The position numbers and the translations under genes were made by a program. Below, piece by piece: positions 38,163-51,108 of a stretch of 64,000 bases of DNA (positions are counted from its first letter, which is position 1; each line of letters opens with the position of its first letter). The stretch lies in the NCBI GenBank assembly GCA_030704615.1, contig CM060734.1, positions 37,944,001 through 38,008,000 on the forward strand, in the 5' to 3' direction. Source of the DNA: Takakia lepidozioides (taxonomy: Eukaryota; Plantae; Bryophyta). The notes under the pieces were generated by a model, which worked only from the letters and a program-made list of their open reading frames with translations, made no database searches and had not been told where the DNA came from.

Positions 38163-38541
38163 CGTAAAAACCTTCAGATTTTTTGGCTTTGTTAAAATTA
38201 GGGCTTCCCTGACAGGAATTTTCCCTCGCACGTGATTTTTGCCCCGGGACGGGGGCTGTAATCCCAGATTATGGAATCTGTCCCTTGGCAGGCTGGCATA
38301 TTTTATGGATCTATTACTCTTAATATTGGGCAAACGATTTTCAAACTTGGGCAGCGAGCTACAATGACGTGACAATGAAACCCTAGTGGCAACACAGAGG
38401 AGAAACGGGCACTGTCGAAATCGGGCAGCTTCGTTTCTTACGAAAGGTAAAGCCCTCGCCCTTGGACTTTCCTGGATTTTCGACCCCTGCCCTCGGGACA
38501 GGCGCCTCAAATCCAGGAAAGTCCTCGGCCGAGGGCTTTAC
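38163..38541 (+). repeat. Dispersed ~380-bp element with a terminal long hairpin, copy 1
   Basis: Near-identical inverted copy at 63478-63823. Stem GTAAAGCCCTCG..GGACTTTCCTGGATTT / AAATCCAGGAAAGTCC..CGAGGGCTTTAC at 38447-38541. Confidence 0.85.
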
Positions 38542-40026
38542 CTCTTACGTACAAATCTGTCAAGATGTTGTACGCTCGTCGCTGATGATCCGAGGCTGGA
38601 GCCTGGGACTGAACATCGCAATCAAGCAGGTAGCCTAGATCGTATGGGGATAGCACTGCAACTGTCAACTAGATTCTAGAAGGTGTGAATTCCTGCTTCA
38701 ACTAGATTCTAGAAGGTGTGAAGTCCTTTGCAGGAATTGGTACGATGGAGTAAGTACTCATCATGATGATGACATCACCCAACTTCTCGCAGATCAGGAA
38801 GGATGGAGACCCCTGCCCGAGGAGCTTCCCCAACTTGGACTATGTCGCTGGTAAGGAAAGGACACGGGACATGGACGGTGGAGTATGTTCAATATGAAAC
38901 AATCTACACTAATTATGTGTAGAAATTCACCTGTAGCGTCGATCACGGCTAGTCGTCAACTGAGCTAATTCATACATACATGTAACAGATCACTCTTTCC
39001 GAAGTTGTTCGTCACCTGTATCTGGATGTAGTAAGCTAGTATTTATCCATTCTTCTAAAGACTCAGTACCGAACAGAAACTGCGAGCAGGCGCACTTGAT
39101 CACAGTAGTGCAGAAATGATAACAAGCAGATCGACCATGGGTTTCCAGTTTCCACATATAATGGGCATTTGCCTCAAAAAGCGCAAACCAAAATAGCGCT
39201 GTTAGCACGTCATCTATGAGACCCCGACCGATTGGCCTCTCTAGATCTAGGTGGGGATTCGCAGACATTTCATCTCGTGGAATTTTGGGCCTCCAGGTTC
39301 TTCTCTCCACATCTCGTGTTGAGGGACCGCAGCTAGATATTCCGCTTAGCATGTATGTAGGCTACATATGTGGGCCATAGACTTCGTCCGATTAATTCCG
39401 TTGTCCCAGATTTCCATTGTGCAGTAGAGGATCCGACTAGCCTACTGGTTTGCCATCATGCAACGATCCACAGTATTAACATTGGTGGAAATTCTTAAAA
39501 GGGTGGTAACTCTAGGGCCAAGGCTCACACTATTGTTGTCTGCACGCTTCTGACTTGAAGGAAGCCAGGGTGCCAAAAATCGAATATCCGAGGTATCTTG
39601 TTTGCTACCCTCCTTTTTACTGAGAAATGAGTTCTCACTTTCGAAAAGCCTGTCACACCACCCACGACACTGCAACACTATGGCAACTATTTATGCAGCT
39701 TGTCAGGTTCCCATGTGCCTTTTCATGAAACTTTCCAACGACGCGTCACCGCACTCTCAACCCAACAGTATCCCCACACACCTTTTAACTTATACCAATC
39801 TGCAAAAAGGAAAATTGTCATAAGTGCCCTGCAAAATGAGATGTACTACGGAAAGGTCTGGCAGATGACATTCTGCCCGGTTCTCTGCCCGCTCGAAACT
39901 GTTGGGTCGCCCGAGAATCCGATGTGTAAGTTCAAGGCATTCTTATTCATTCATGTACTATATTCTCTCTCTCTCGCTGAGTCCAGCTGATGTCTTTGTT
40001 GATCTCTGGATTCGTGGGCCACAGCA

Positions 40027-43000
40027 ATGGGTAGGGAAGGACTGCATCCAGGATGTGGATTGGGCACACAGAAACTGTTGTGGGCGATTATGCTAGTTTC
40101 GTGTTGTAGGAAGATACACATTGTGCATGCCGCTCCGGTGCGCATGGACTTGACCAGGTGCGACCCTGTATTTGTCGATGAGGTTCCACTAGACTGCTGC
40201 TTTCTGCCCCACAAGAGACCCGAAATCAACTTCCAATTCAACACAGACTTGCCTATGCGGGTAAGGCGATCCCTACACAACGTGGATCAGGCGTACATAG
40301 AGAAGCTCAATCGCGCATATGAACTGATGAAAGCGCTTCCAGATGATGACCCCCGATCGTTCCTTCGTCAGTCCAACACTCACTGTGCCTACTGTACAGG
40401 AGTCTACAGGCAAGCATTCTTTAAAGTTCGCCCTGGCAGTAGTTTTTCTCCCTCAATTTATTCAACACGTTTCTCTGAATCACTTGTCTCGACCCTGATA
40501 GTTAATCTCAGGTGTCGAGTCCCACTCTTCTATCCTAATGTTGGCGCAATCTCGTGAACAGGTTGATCTCTTATAATCCCAGTACAAAGTACATCATATT
40601 GGAAAGGATGAGGAAGCCGAAAGAACCGCTATGTCTATGTGTTCCCTATCCTACTAGGTTTCTAGTTTTATCTCCTGAAATTTCATTTGACAATTTTTGA
40701 ATGTTTCGTTCGGAGCATGAATTGATTCAAATACATGTAGGGACATATTCGTCTTCATGGGCTTTCCTTCTTCGTACGTCTGCTTTTCGTCTAGAACGTG
40801 CTTTCTCACTTGATCAGTGACACCCATGATCCGGATCTACTTAAACAAGACCAGGACGTCCGTGTGATGTGATACCTTCATTGAACTAGATATGTCCCCT
40901 ACATGTACAGCGCACATTTTTCTTTAGCCCGCAGGGGAAAGAAGAGATTTACTCAATAGAACCAAGAACCCTCCCAGGAGGAAGAAATAAGTAGGAGGCA
41001 TGAACATGCCACTTTTAACCTACCAAGCTCCAATTGCTAAAGAGATTGTGAGAGGCCCAACAGACAATGAATATAGCGCACAATTTTATCTCCTTCATGG
41101 GTCAAACTTTTTCGTAGTTTTATCCTCAGGTGCATACGTGCATACATGTACACATCACAAAGTTGGTGGAACTCCCCATTCTCCTGTCCCCTCTTACTGA
41201 CTCAATTGTAAACATGTTAGCAATGAGGAATGAAACTGCAGATTTGAAGCAGATAACTTTGAATTATCTAACACTGGATCCGACTCTTTGTATCCCAGAC
41301 AAGTGAACTCCACGGAGACGTTGGAAGTGCACTTCAACTGGCTGACGATACCCTTCCATCGCTGGTACGTGTATTTTCATGAGCGCATACTCGCAACGCT
41401 GCTGGGTGACGACACCTTCGCGCTGCCCTTTTGGCATTGGGACAACCAAGCCGACGTCGACCCGCCGTCCAACATGCTCCCCTCGATGTACGTCGACCGC
41501 CGAAACCTCGGGCTGTACGACGAGAAACGCAACCCGGCCCATCAGCCCCCCGCTATTGTCGACTTCACCTACGCTGTTGAGACCGCCGGGGCCGCAGTCG
41601 CCAGCCCGGAGGACCAGCGAGCGATCAATAGAAACGTGCTTTACACCTCCTTAGTAGGCGCTTCTACCCCACTCCTGTTTCTGGGGCCACCTGTCCGCGG
41701 CGGCGAGACCCCAGTAATGGGCCCTTCCAGCTTCGACTTTCACCCCCACGGCAGCATCCACTATTGGATAGGTTCTTTACCAAACATTTCAGTCGTTACT
41801 TGCAAACAATCTATTCTTTTGCTTCTAATTTAACATCTACACTATTTGAGAGTTTGAGTTGCGGCAACAACCTCTGCAGCTTGTACTCTGGAAGCCTCTG
41901 CTTTTGTGAGGTGAGTCTCCAAGGCGTCAAATGCTATAAACGTCTAAAGGAGAATTGTTGTTGGAAGGCGCCCATGCAATTTGTTTCGAGATCCTAGATA
42001 TTCAAAGTAACCTCTTCCTAGTTCCCCTTCCTAATCCCCTTCCTAAATGCCGTGAGGTGAGGGTGGTCACAGTACGAGGATATAGTGCAATCTGTTTCCG
42101 TGTACACTTGGGTGCAGGAGATGCAGAGAGGGACCAATTTCAGGACATGGGCGCATGCTCCACGTCAGCAAGAGATCCCCTTTTCTTTGTACATCACACC
42201 AATGTGGACCGTCTGTGGGATCTCTGGAAGAACCTGCCAGGAGGTCAACGTGGCGACTTTATTGACCCCGACTGGCTCAATTCGGAGTTTGTCTTCTACA
42301 ATGAAAACGCCGATCTTGTTCGTGTGAAGGTTGGTTTTCCTCCTTCCCTCTCTGGAACAGTTATACATGCACCGTCTATAAAGGAACAATCTTGGTCTAA
42401 ATTTGGAAGGGTCCACTGACCGTGAAGACACTTGCTGATGTCTACAGGTAGCAGACTCTCTTGATATGGAAAAATTTCGCTACAAGTACGAAGAGGTAGA
42501 GAATGACTGGCTCCGGTTCAATTCTACCCGTCTGAGCACCAAGCCAGCTCCAGTTTCAGTGTCTTCAGATGGTGCTCCGGAGTTCTTGGAGCAACTCATG
42601 AGCGGCATAGCCAAGCTTGTAAAGTTCATCGTGCCTTCATGGCAGACAGAGCGGATTGCCACACGAGGACCAGAAAATTTGCATAGTAGAAACATTACTC
42701 TTACCGGTGCAGTTTTCCAGGCTCACATCTCAAGGCCAGTGCCCATTATCATCCAAACCAGGGAGCCTGACGCTTTTGGGTTGCAAGCAGAGGAACCAGA
42801 ATCTCAAGAAGAGGTCCTTGCCATTGAAGGCATATCAGGTGAACCAGTAGGGTTTGTCTTGTTTTTGAATTTGCCGGAGGCGGATGAGCATACACCCTGG
42901 AGTTGTACAGAATATGCAGGCGCTTTCTATCCCTATCCGACTACTGGAAATGCCCTAGCACACACTCGTATTCGTGATCATTCTTTCAAGGTAGGTATTA

Positions 43001-43119
43001 GCTCAAAGCTGAAGCAGCTTGGTCTTGAGAAGGAGCCGAGCATTCTGGTCAGTCTTGTGCCCAGAAGCAAGAATACTACCATTACCATTGAAACCATCCG
43101 GATTGAGCTTGCCCAATAA
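40027..43119 (+). CDS. PPO: Polyphenol oxidase (tyrosinase family) with secretory-type signal peptide; exons 40027-40409, 41299-41771, 42118-42329, 42448-43119
   Basis: CuA HCAYC..H..FHRWYVYFHE, FALPFW.WD. CuB HGSIHYW and DPLFFVHHTNVDRLW. DWL domain DWLNSEFVFYNEN. C-terminal EEVLAIEG and EYAG. Introns are phase-compatible. Confidence 0.93.
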
Positions 43120-44215
43120 CATCACAAAGACTCCTGAATCAGTAAAAATACCAACCAGCAGTCTGTAGCTCTAGTTGGATATACAGAGGTTGAAGATTTA
43201 ATGATACCTAGCTGGACATCCTGTCTTTCGTTTTGAGCTGCCTGCTAACAGTAGATAGTCATCGGAAATTCCCTGATGTGTGTGAGAGGATGTTACTTGG
43301 CAGTAAAGATTCTCAAGTGTCAGAAATATACAAGGCAAAGAGGGTAGAAAATCAGAGTTAAGCCTACGTGCCTATACTGAGTGCAATCTGCAATGGAAAG
43401 CATGTGATCATGGCCTGAGAAAGGGGAGACATAGAAGGTGTTGAAATCAAGACATATCACACACAGCAAGTGGGTCGTGAATGATCATTCCTCCAGCAGC
43501 ACTTCAGACAGAAATTCCTGAAAATTAATAATTGAGATCATACACTATTTTCTCTTCTGCTGCAACACTATGTGGATTTGAAATTCTTCTTGAAATCCAG
43601 CCCTTCTGGGTATATCTGCACCCATACTCTATCCTTACTCTTTCAGCTAATTTATCCCTGCCTCTATAATGATTATATCTTGCCTTGCTGCCAGGAGCTA
43701 ACAGTAACAGGCTAGAGTTATTCTAGCAAACACCCAACCGTCGACCCAACCCTACCATCCATCCAGTCCAAGGAACTCGACCATGCAGTCAAAAGTGCAA
43801 TACCGTCAAAATGACACCATGATCTTGACTGAAATTTATTCTTCCTCCATCCAGTAAGCCAACAATGCATGCAGAGAAAAAGACATTTTAAGCTGATAAT
43901 GTCAACTTCAAAACTACCATTTGCATTGGACCTTAGAACAGCAGGCCGTCCATATGACAAAGCATTATAGAAATTTAGAACTATCTAGCAATTACTATCT
44001 AAGTTAATTGGCGATAGCCTGAATGGACATAACACATAAGCAACCAATCAGATGTAGTGACTCTTGGAGTCGAATAGGTAAGAGCTTGGGGGGGGGGGGA
44101 GAAGAACCACACTTATTATGGTGTCTTTGTGGTTGGGAGGACCGATCCCGATAAATAAAGTAAATGGTATTTTCTAGTGTCTAGTTCCTATAGCATGGTA
44201 GCATAATATGCATCA

Positions 44216-44471
44216 TGGTATCATAGCCTTTGCAAATAAGCCCCTATGCAAAATAGGATAGACAATCAAAGAAAAATTATATGAAGGATTAAAAGTAAAA
44301 GTAAAATCTACTATAACTTCCACTTCAATGGATAGTCGTCTCATTGATAAATTCGATGGAGATAACTTCCATACATGGAAGATCAAAATTAAGATGTTAT
44401 TGAGAAGGGAAAAGGTCTGGACCATCGTGGATGGATCAGAGCTTAGGCCAACTCAAATATCATCAATATTC
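44216..44471 (+). mobile_element. Ty1/Copia 5' remnant: PBS plus gag N-terminus
   Basis: ...CATCA then TGGTATCATAGC (tRNA-iMet-type PBS, one mismatch). Gag start IDKFDGDNFHTWKIKIKMLL. Confidence 0.8.
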
Positions 44472-45050
44472 TGTCGTGCACCTAAGCATCGTGCCACAAC
44501 ATACATCGATGTCCACACACATTCTAAGCACACAATCCTAGAAAGCTATGCCACAATAGATAAGAGATGAGAAATGAGAGAAGTGAAAGACAATGAAATC
44601 TCTCTAAGCATGAAGCAATCACACTAAGAACAAGCCCTAGTCCTTCCAAGTGAAATCCACTCTGTCACACAAACTAAGTCAAGCCAAGGGCACCTTTGCT
44701 AAAGGAATCCACCCTACAAAGCCCTCAACACACTCCCTCTCAATACCTAGAGCTATGGAGGTGAGAGGCGCTCATGGAGGATCAACTACAAGAAGATGAG
44801 CCTCCTCAACCCTCACAAGGGGAAAACCATCCCCATGTCCCAAGTGAGGCTTGACACCTCACTTGGCATAAGACCAAATGAAGTCCCAACACACAAAATA
44901 TGAATATAAATATTCAAAATGTTCTAATTAACAAGAAGTAGGTAATTTTAGTTAACCATGACTAAAACCATGACAGCTGTCGTGCACCGAAGCATCGTGC
45001 CACAACATACATCGTTGTTCACACACATTGTAAGAGAAAACTATGCCACA
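44472..45050 (-). repeat. LTR-like segment of a minus-strand Gypsy remnant, with ~75-bp terminal duplication
   Basis: 44472-44555 is repeated at 44978-45050. A PPT-like G-rich tract on the - strand lies at 45051-45065. The segment interrupts the Copia gag. Confidence 0.6.
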
Positions 45051-45315
45051 AACGCCCCCCTAGCTGGTGATTAGGTCCCTCTAACACCGGATAGCTAACA
45101 AGTATCCATCCCAATAAGATCATCGCTAGGTCTTCATGAATCGCACATGTCCCAATTTTCTAAAGTCTATGGATCAAGAGGTCGGGTGCAAAGAGAGCCC
45201 CGTCGTTAGTCGTCTACTTGCAATCCATGATCTTCAATCGAGTATCCATAGCGTTGAGCTGGGGTCACCAGCTAGACCTTGGATCACTTGTCAACCTCCT
45301 CAGTGTTATGTCCAC

Positions 45316-45945
45316 TACCTCTTACCAAGACATTGTGGACACAACCATTCGCCGCTAGAAACCTCCTCAAGTGGTGGTATTAAGCATCTCATGTGTCACT
45401 CCCTTGAGCATTTATCACACACCAACATGGTTGCGTCACCACTAGCATGCCCACATAACATGCAATGCAACCATGCAGGGGTCTATCCTCCCATCCACAT
45501 ATGGAAGGTGACACGGTGCACAATTGCGCACATGGTTCTTCCATACCATGCCATCTCGACCCTCCAAAATCAACACTCCTAAAGGCAACACCTCTCGTAC
45601 CCGTAAAATCACACGCCCCGCTCTGACATCCAAGGTCGTAGGTGTTGTCTACTGCAGATACACATAGTCCCCAGGGCTAAATCTCCGAACCCCCTGTTGA
45701 TATCCTCCTCCACGTATAGTGGCATGCATACCTCAATGTGTCTCGGTGTTGGGAAATAACAATGTTCTCAAAAGCCATAGGCATGACTCTCTTGAACAAT
45801 TCTGCTCATTGGTCACATGTCTGTGTCCATATATCCGGATCATTAAGGTTGAGGACTACTGCGGCCTCCTGCGAATGGATGCAGGCAAATCTGGCTCTCG
45901 GCCAAAGAGAAGGAAATAAGGCGAGAATGATGCAAGAGCAAGATT
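45316..45945 (-). pseudogene. Gypsy integrase C-terminus with PHD finger
   Basis: FSPYFLLFGREP; RRFSPGDYVYL; CMLCGHASGDATMLVCDKCSRE*HMRCLIPPLEEVSSGEWLCPQC (C4HC3) at 45330-45464. Confidence 0.85.
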
Positions 45946-45989
45946 GTGTCCCAGGTTTTCAGTGATGGATTTATGGAGGGACACCATAT

Positions 45990-46990
45990 ATGTATAGTAT
46001 TCAAGCTGTTGGTGCGAGATGGACTCAAACAAGCGGGTCTCTATGGCGGTAATGTCGTCGTGCAGACCGGTCTTGATGGAAATTAAGTGTGCAGCAAGCT
46101 TTTTATCAATTTCAACCATCCAGTCTGTAGGTCCTACCGAACGTTTTGGGGTGGGTTGGATGGTAATCGTTTCCACAGTATCCAAAAGAGCGTGATTGAT
46201 GTTGTCCACTAGCATTCTATCCAACAGCTCTTGTGTTGGTGGTGTGTTGTCATGGAGACTATTCATGTGCGGGGAGAAGGTGATGAACCTGCCATGCATG
46301 CATGGTGATGTGTGGTGCTCCACACCATTGGATGTAAATAGTAGGATTTTTGCATGTAATATGCATCATCCCGATGTGCTTTATTGTCTCAGGTGGCAGC
46401 ATCTTGCAGAAGTACGAGTTGGTGATGTCACTTTGGCCGATCAGATTGTATAGCTCGCTTAGGATATCTGCCTGTGTGTGGATCAAACTCAAGTTTTTGA
46501 CTACAATGGTAAGGGCATCCCCCACTGCAATGGCCTCCTTGTCCGTTATTTTGGCTTCTGACCTGGTCTTCTTTTGGATCCTCACTTGAGGCTTGATGAG
46601 GACGTTATCGATCCTGACTCCAAAGTCCATGATACGGGTACGTATATCCTCTATGGCAAGATTAAGAAAGCCAAATGTAGTCTCTGGATTGGGCTTGTAG
46701 ACATGTAAGATCATGAAATTGTCTCCGTGGTCAAAACCCTCTGTAATAAAGTGCATAGCGAGTTGGGTACCCACTGTGCCTTATAGAATGTCGTCGGTAA
46801 AGTAGAGGGAGGGCCGATCGGAGGATGCAAGGAGGTCATATGATTTTTCAACTTTAGGATTTCATTGGGCCCCAGAGTCTGCAAAGGCATACAAAGGAAC
46901 TCATTCGGCCCAACTTTCAAGCGGCACACATTAAAATCTGTGTGTAGTGGAGGTCGGCCACCAAAGCAACAGATCTGAGATGGCATTCAT
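45990..46990 (-). pseudogene. Fragmented unknown ORF, possibly retroelement ORF1-like
   Basis: Three overlapping ORF pieces with protein-like composition; no diagnostic motif. Confidence 0.25.
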
Positions 46991-47127
46991 GTCAATCAGC
47001 TTGTGGTGGTTATCTTCGGGAGCTGCAACTGAAGAAGATACCTTCTCACTACTTTTGTTTTCTATTGTGTTAGCGGCTGCTAACATGAGTAGATGTGTCG
47101 CTCACACGGAGACAATGGATGCTACGC

Positions 47128-47715
47128 AAGTCTGTGCCGACTTGCCAATATGTTATTTGGATTGTGTCTTGCTAATTTACGTCCATTAGTCTGTGCGGAC
47201 TTCCATCTACGGCTCAATGCCTGCGAAGTACAGATAGGGAAGTCTGTGCCGACTTGCAAATGTGTTATTCCGATTATGTGCCCAGTAACCTCAGTAAGTC
47301 TGTGCTGACTTCCCATCTCAGGCTCCATGCCTGAGATGTACAGACATAGAAGTTTGTGCCGACTCGCCAATGTGTTACTCCGATTCTGTGCCCAGCAACC
47401 TCAGCAAGTCTGTACCGACTTCCCATCTCCGGCTCCATGCCTCCGAAGAACAGACAGGGAAGTCTGTGGCGATTTATCAATGTGTTATTCCGATTTTGTG
47501 TCCAGCAACCTCAACAAGTCAGTGCCGACTTCCCATCTCCAGCTCCATGCCTCCGGAGTACAGACAGGGAAGTTACCAATGTGTTATTCCGATTCTGTGC
47601 CTAGCTACCTCAGTAAGTCTATAACGACTGCCCATCTCCATCTCTATTACTGCGGAGTCCACACTAGGAAGTCTTTGTATAGGAGTTTGTTGGCCCCACC
47701 AAGTTTGTACCGACT
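47128..47715. repeat. Tandem array of ~111-bp dimeric units (about 5 copies), each half starting with palindromic AAGTC-N6-GACTT
   Basis: Unit starts near 47128, 47239, 47349, 47460 and 47570. Confidence 0.9.
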
Positions 47716-48249
47716 TTTCATCTGTGGCTGTATGCAAGTAGAGTCGACAATGGGAAGTCTATGGCGAATTTGTCTGTGCTGACTTATGATGTGTCCCTTG
47801 TTTCCCTTCATGTTCCACCTTTCTCTCTTACTAGGGGGGGAAATAGCTTGCAGCCTAATATATTTTCTAATGTATTCCAGAGATTTTATAAGTACTTTTC
47901 TTTGTTTCAGGGACTCAGTTTGAAGGAGGACGCAGATATGCCCAATGTGAATATGTCGAAATCAATACATGCGAGCAGCCGAGCTGGCAAGCAGGAGTGG
48001 TTCGATGAAGTCCGACTTGTACACGACAACACGACATAATATCACACGTGCGCTTCTCTAGACATCCGGGTACTGTTTGTTCTTAGATGGGGGCAGAAAA
48101 TGCGTTGGACGTCCCAGCCGGGAGGAATTGCTGGTACGCGCGGCATCAAGGTCAAGTGACCCAAGAAAATGGCTGAGGATCTGAAGACATTTGTGGTTGG
48201 AACACCATTGCATAATCGTGAGGACGGTTTGGAAGCTTCGAGTTAAGAC

Positions 48250-51108
48250 GCTGGCAGAGCTCATGAAGTGGCACAACAATCATAGAAGTGCAGATGGCAT
48301 GGTCCGGCATGCTGCAGATAGTAAGGCTTGGTGCCATATTGACAACACATGGCTGGATTTTGCTTCAGATCCAAGAAATCTGCGTCTTGGATTGGCACTG
48401 GATGGGGTCAATCCTTATGGCACCAAATCCGCTTCTTGGTCCACTTGGCCCATCATGGTGCTCAATTATAATCTACCTCCATGGTTGGTAATGAAGAAAT
48501 TTTTTGTCATGTTAACACTCCTCATTCCTGGAAAGGAATCTGTGACAAGTGAAAATGTGGATGTTTACCTGCAACCACTAGTGGAGGAGCTAACGACATT
48601 GTGGGTGGGAGTTGCAGCCGTGGATGTGGCAGCCATTGAAGGAGAGCGGGCTTTTACCATGCGTGCAGTCCTCCTATGGTCCATACATGACTTCCCCGCC
48701 TATGGCTTGTTATCAGGTCAGGTTCACCAAGGGTACTCTGCTTGTCCAGCATGTGGACCTCAAGTCGATTCCAGATATTCCCCAGCTTGTAAGAAATTGA
48801 TATTCCAGGGGCATCGACGCTATCTTCCCCACAATCATGCCTATAGAAGATCCAGACTTTTTAATGGGGCGCGAGACATGAGACCTGTTCCACATACAGT
48901 GACAGCCACCGAAATCAAGGAGCGTGCACGACATTACAAACAATGGATTGATGATGGTGGGACTGTAGGCGCACAGAACGATCCCTCCAAGCTCCATGGC
49001 ATAAAACGATTGTCCATTCTGTTTGACTTGCCTTACTGGGAGGTGCGATTACCACACCTGTGTTTTGGGAACATAACAGTGCATTGGTTTTTCATTGTGC
49101 ATGATTGTTTGTTTACTGAACCTGTGCTGTTAACATCATTCATGACTGCATTGCAATGTGCCTAATTTGTTAGACCACATGGTGCAGCATCTTATCATCC
49201 GCCACACTTTTGATACCATGCATTGCGAGAAGAACGTGACGGAGAACATAATCAAGACTCTTTTCGGCGAAAAGGACACGATGCAAGTTCGCCGCGATCT
49301 GGAATTGCAGGGCATTCGAAAGCCTCTTTGGTTAGGACGCCATCCCACCAGAGTGGATACATTGGTAATGCCTGATGCGCCATATGTGCTTACAAAACCA
49401 GAGCAGCGGGTGTTCCTGGAGATTATCACGAATCTGAAAGTACCCACTGGCTATGCCTCTGCTTTCAAAAAACATGTGGTAAAACAAAAGTTGAGCCAAT
49501 TGAAGTCACATGATTATCACGTGCTAATGCAACAGATCCTCCCACTTGCTCTACGTGGGTTGATGGCGCCTGGGGTTCGCAATGCCATACTAAGAGTGTC
49601 CCGTGTGTTTCGTAAGCTTTGTGCAAAATTCATTGATCCCACCGAGCATGAGGAATTGAAGAAGGAGGTGGCAGTGACTCTTTGTCTTCTGGAGAAAGAG
49701 TTCCCACCCTCATTTTTTGATGTTATGACACATTTACTTATCCACTTGGTGGATGAGCTGGATTTGTGTGGACCTGTAGCTTCTCGGTGGATGTACCCGG
49801 TGGAGAGAGCAATGAAGGATTTTAAAGGGTATGTGCGAAACTTGGCGAAGCCTGAGGGCAGTATGGCGGAGGGCTACGTGTTTGACGAGGCATTGGGATT
49901 TTGTACAGAGTACTTGTCTTCTGTTGATGCTACTAGGCGGAGAGTGTGGGATGCAGGAGAGGAGGAATCAGTGTCGGGCTGGGTGTTGGAAGGAGTTGGT
50001 CGACCACGGAGGTTGACCCTCGAATTGTTGCAGCTTGTCCACGACTATGTCATTCACAACCATCCCAGTTTGAGCATTATGTTGGGGTAAGTGGCAAACG
50101 TGAGTGCATGTCACAGCTTCTGGTACCTGCTATGCATGGGTATGCTTTGTATAGGTGTGTGTGCAGTAGTTCTTCCATCGGCTGCAGGGGTTGCACTAGA
50201 TAAATTTCTGTGGTTGTGCGTGTGTTGGCAGGTCCTATGAGGTGGAGAAATGCAGGTTGGAGACTGAAAATGCTGCTAACCAGAACAAGATCCGTGCTCT
50301 CCCTCACTTTGCAGAATGGCTGGTAAAAGCAGTCCGCCAGCATGTGTCAAGTGTTGCCAACCATGCTACTGATTCAGCCTGCAAGGAATTGTTGGACATG
50401 TCCAAACCCCCATCATTAATCGCAACATCATACAAGAGCATGTCGGCTTATGGAAACCACTTCAGGGTTACTTCAGATGGACTCAACAGCCCCTTTGTGA
50501 CATATGACTCGGGGGTCTCTACTGTTTTCCAGCATGACAGTACTTGCATTAACCGTGAGCAGGTGGTGGAAAGCGTATGGTATGTCGGTGTCATAAAGGA
50601 GATTTTAGAATTGGATTATGGCTCCACACACACCACGGTGCTATTGTGTTCATGGGTACGTGCACGACGTGTGGGCTCTCAGCCTGTGTCAATGAAGCAG
50701 GATGACTCTGGCTTCACATTGGTGAATTTCTCCCACTTGTTGCCTCCACTTGAACAGCCTTTTGTGCTCCCATCACAGGTCGAGCAAGTTTTTTTCTCTG
50801 AGTGTGTGAATGAACCGAGATGGAACGTGGTGCTGGAAAAAAACCCCAAGTCATGCAGGGCTGTTTCTGATGTGAGCATTTGCAACGATGATATTGCAAG
50901 TGTATCAGGCCTCTTAGCCCCCAATCACATTGAAGAGACCAATGTTGTTGGTGACAGGGTGGGCCAGACCATCCAAGTGACACCTGAAGAGGTTGCTTCA
51001 CTTTACAGAGACATGCGATCTGAGGAAGCACATCCATGTCCCACGGAGGACAATTGCGATGGAGATTCAGAGTCCGATGAGGAGTTGGTTGATGTGGATG
51101 TGTACTAG
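48250..51108 (+). mobile_element. CACTA/EnSpm TnpD-like transposase, 5'-truncated; introns 49043-49187 and 50087-50231
   Basis: Transposase_21 (DPRNLRLGLALDGVNPY, HDFPAYG), DTMHCEKNV, LKSHDYH. DUF4218 (FPPSFFDVMTHL, WMYPVER). DUF4216 (YVGVIKEILELDY, PFVLPSQVEQVFF). The spliced frame is open. Confidence 0.93.

Noticed and set aside
36712-38725. Local short duplications (36712/36903, about 37939/37972, about 38665/38698)
   Set aside because: Ordinary small tandem duplications with no further structure.
47128-47715. CRISPR-like array
   Set aside because: The spacers are themselves repeated in two alternating types, there are no cas genes, and the context is eukaryotic.
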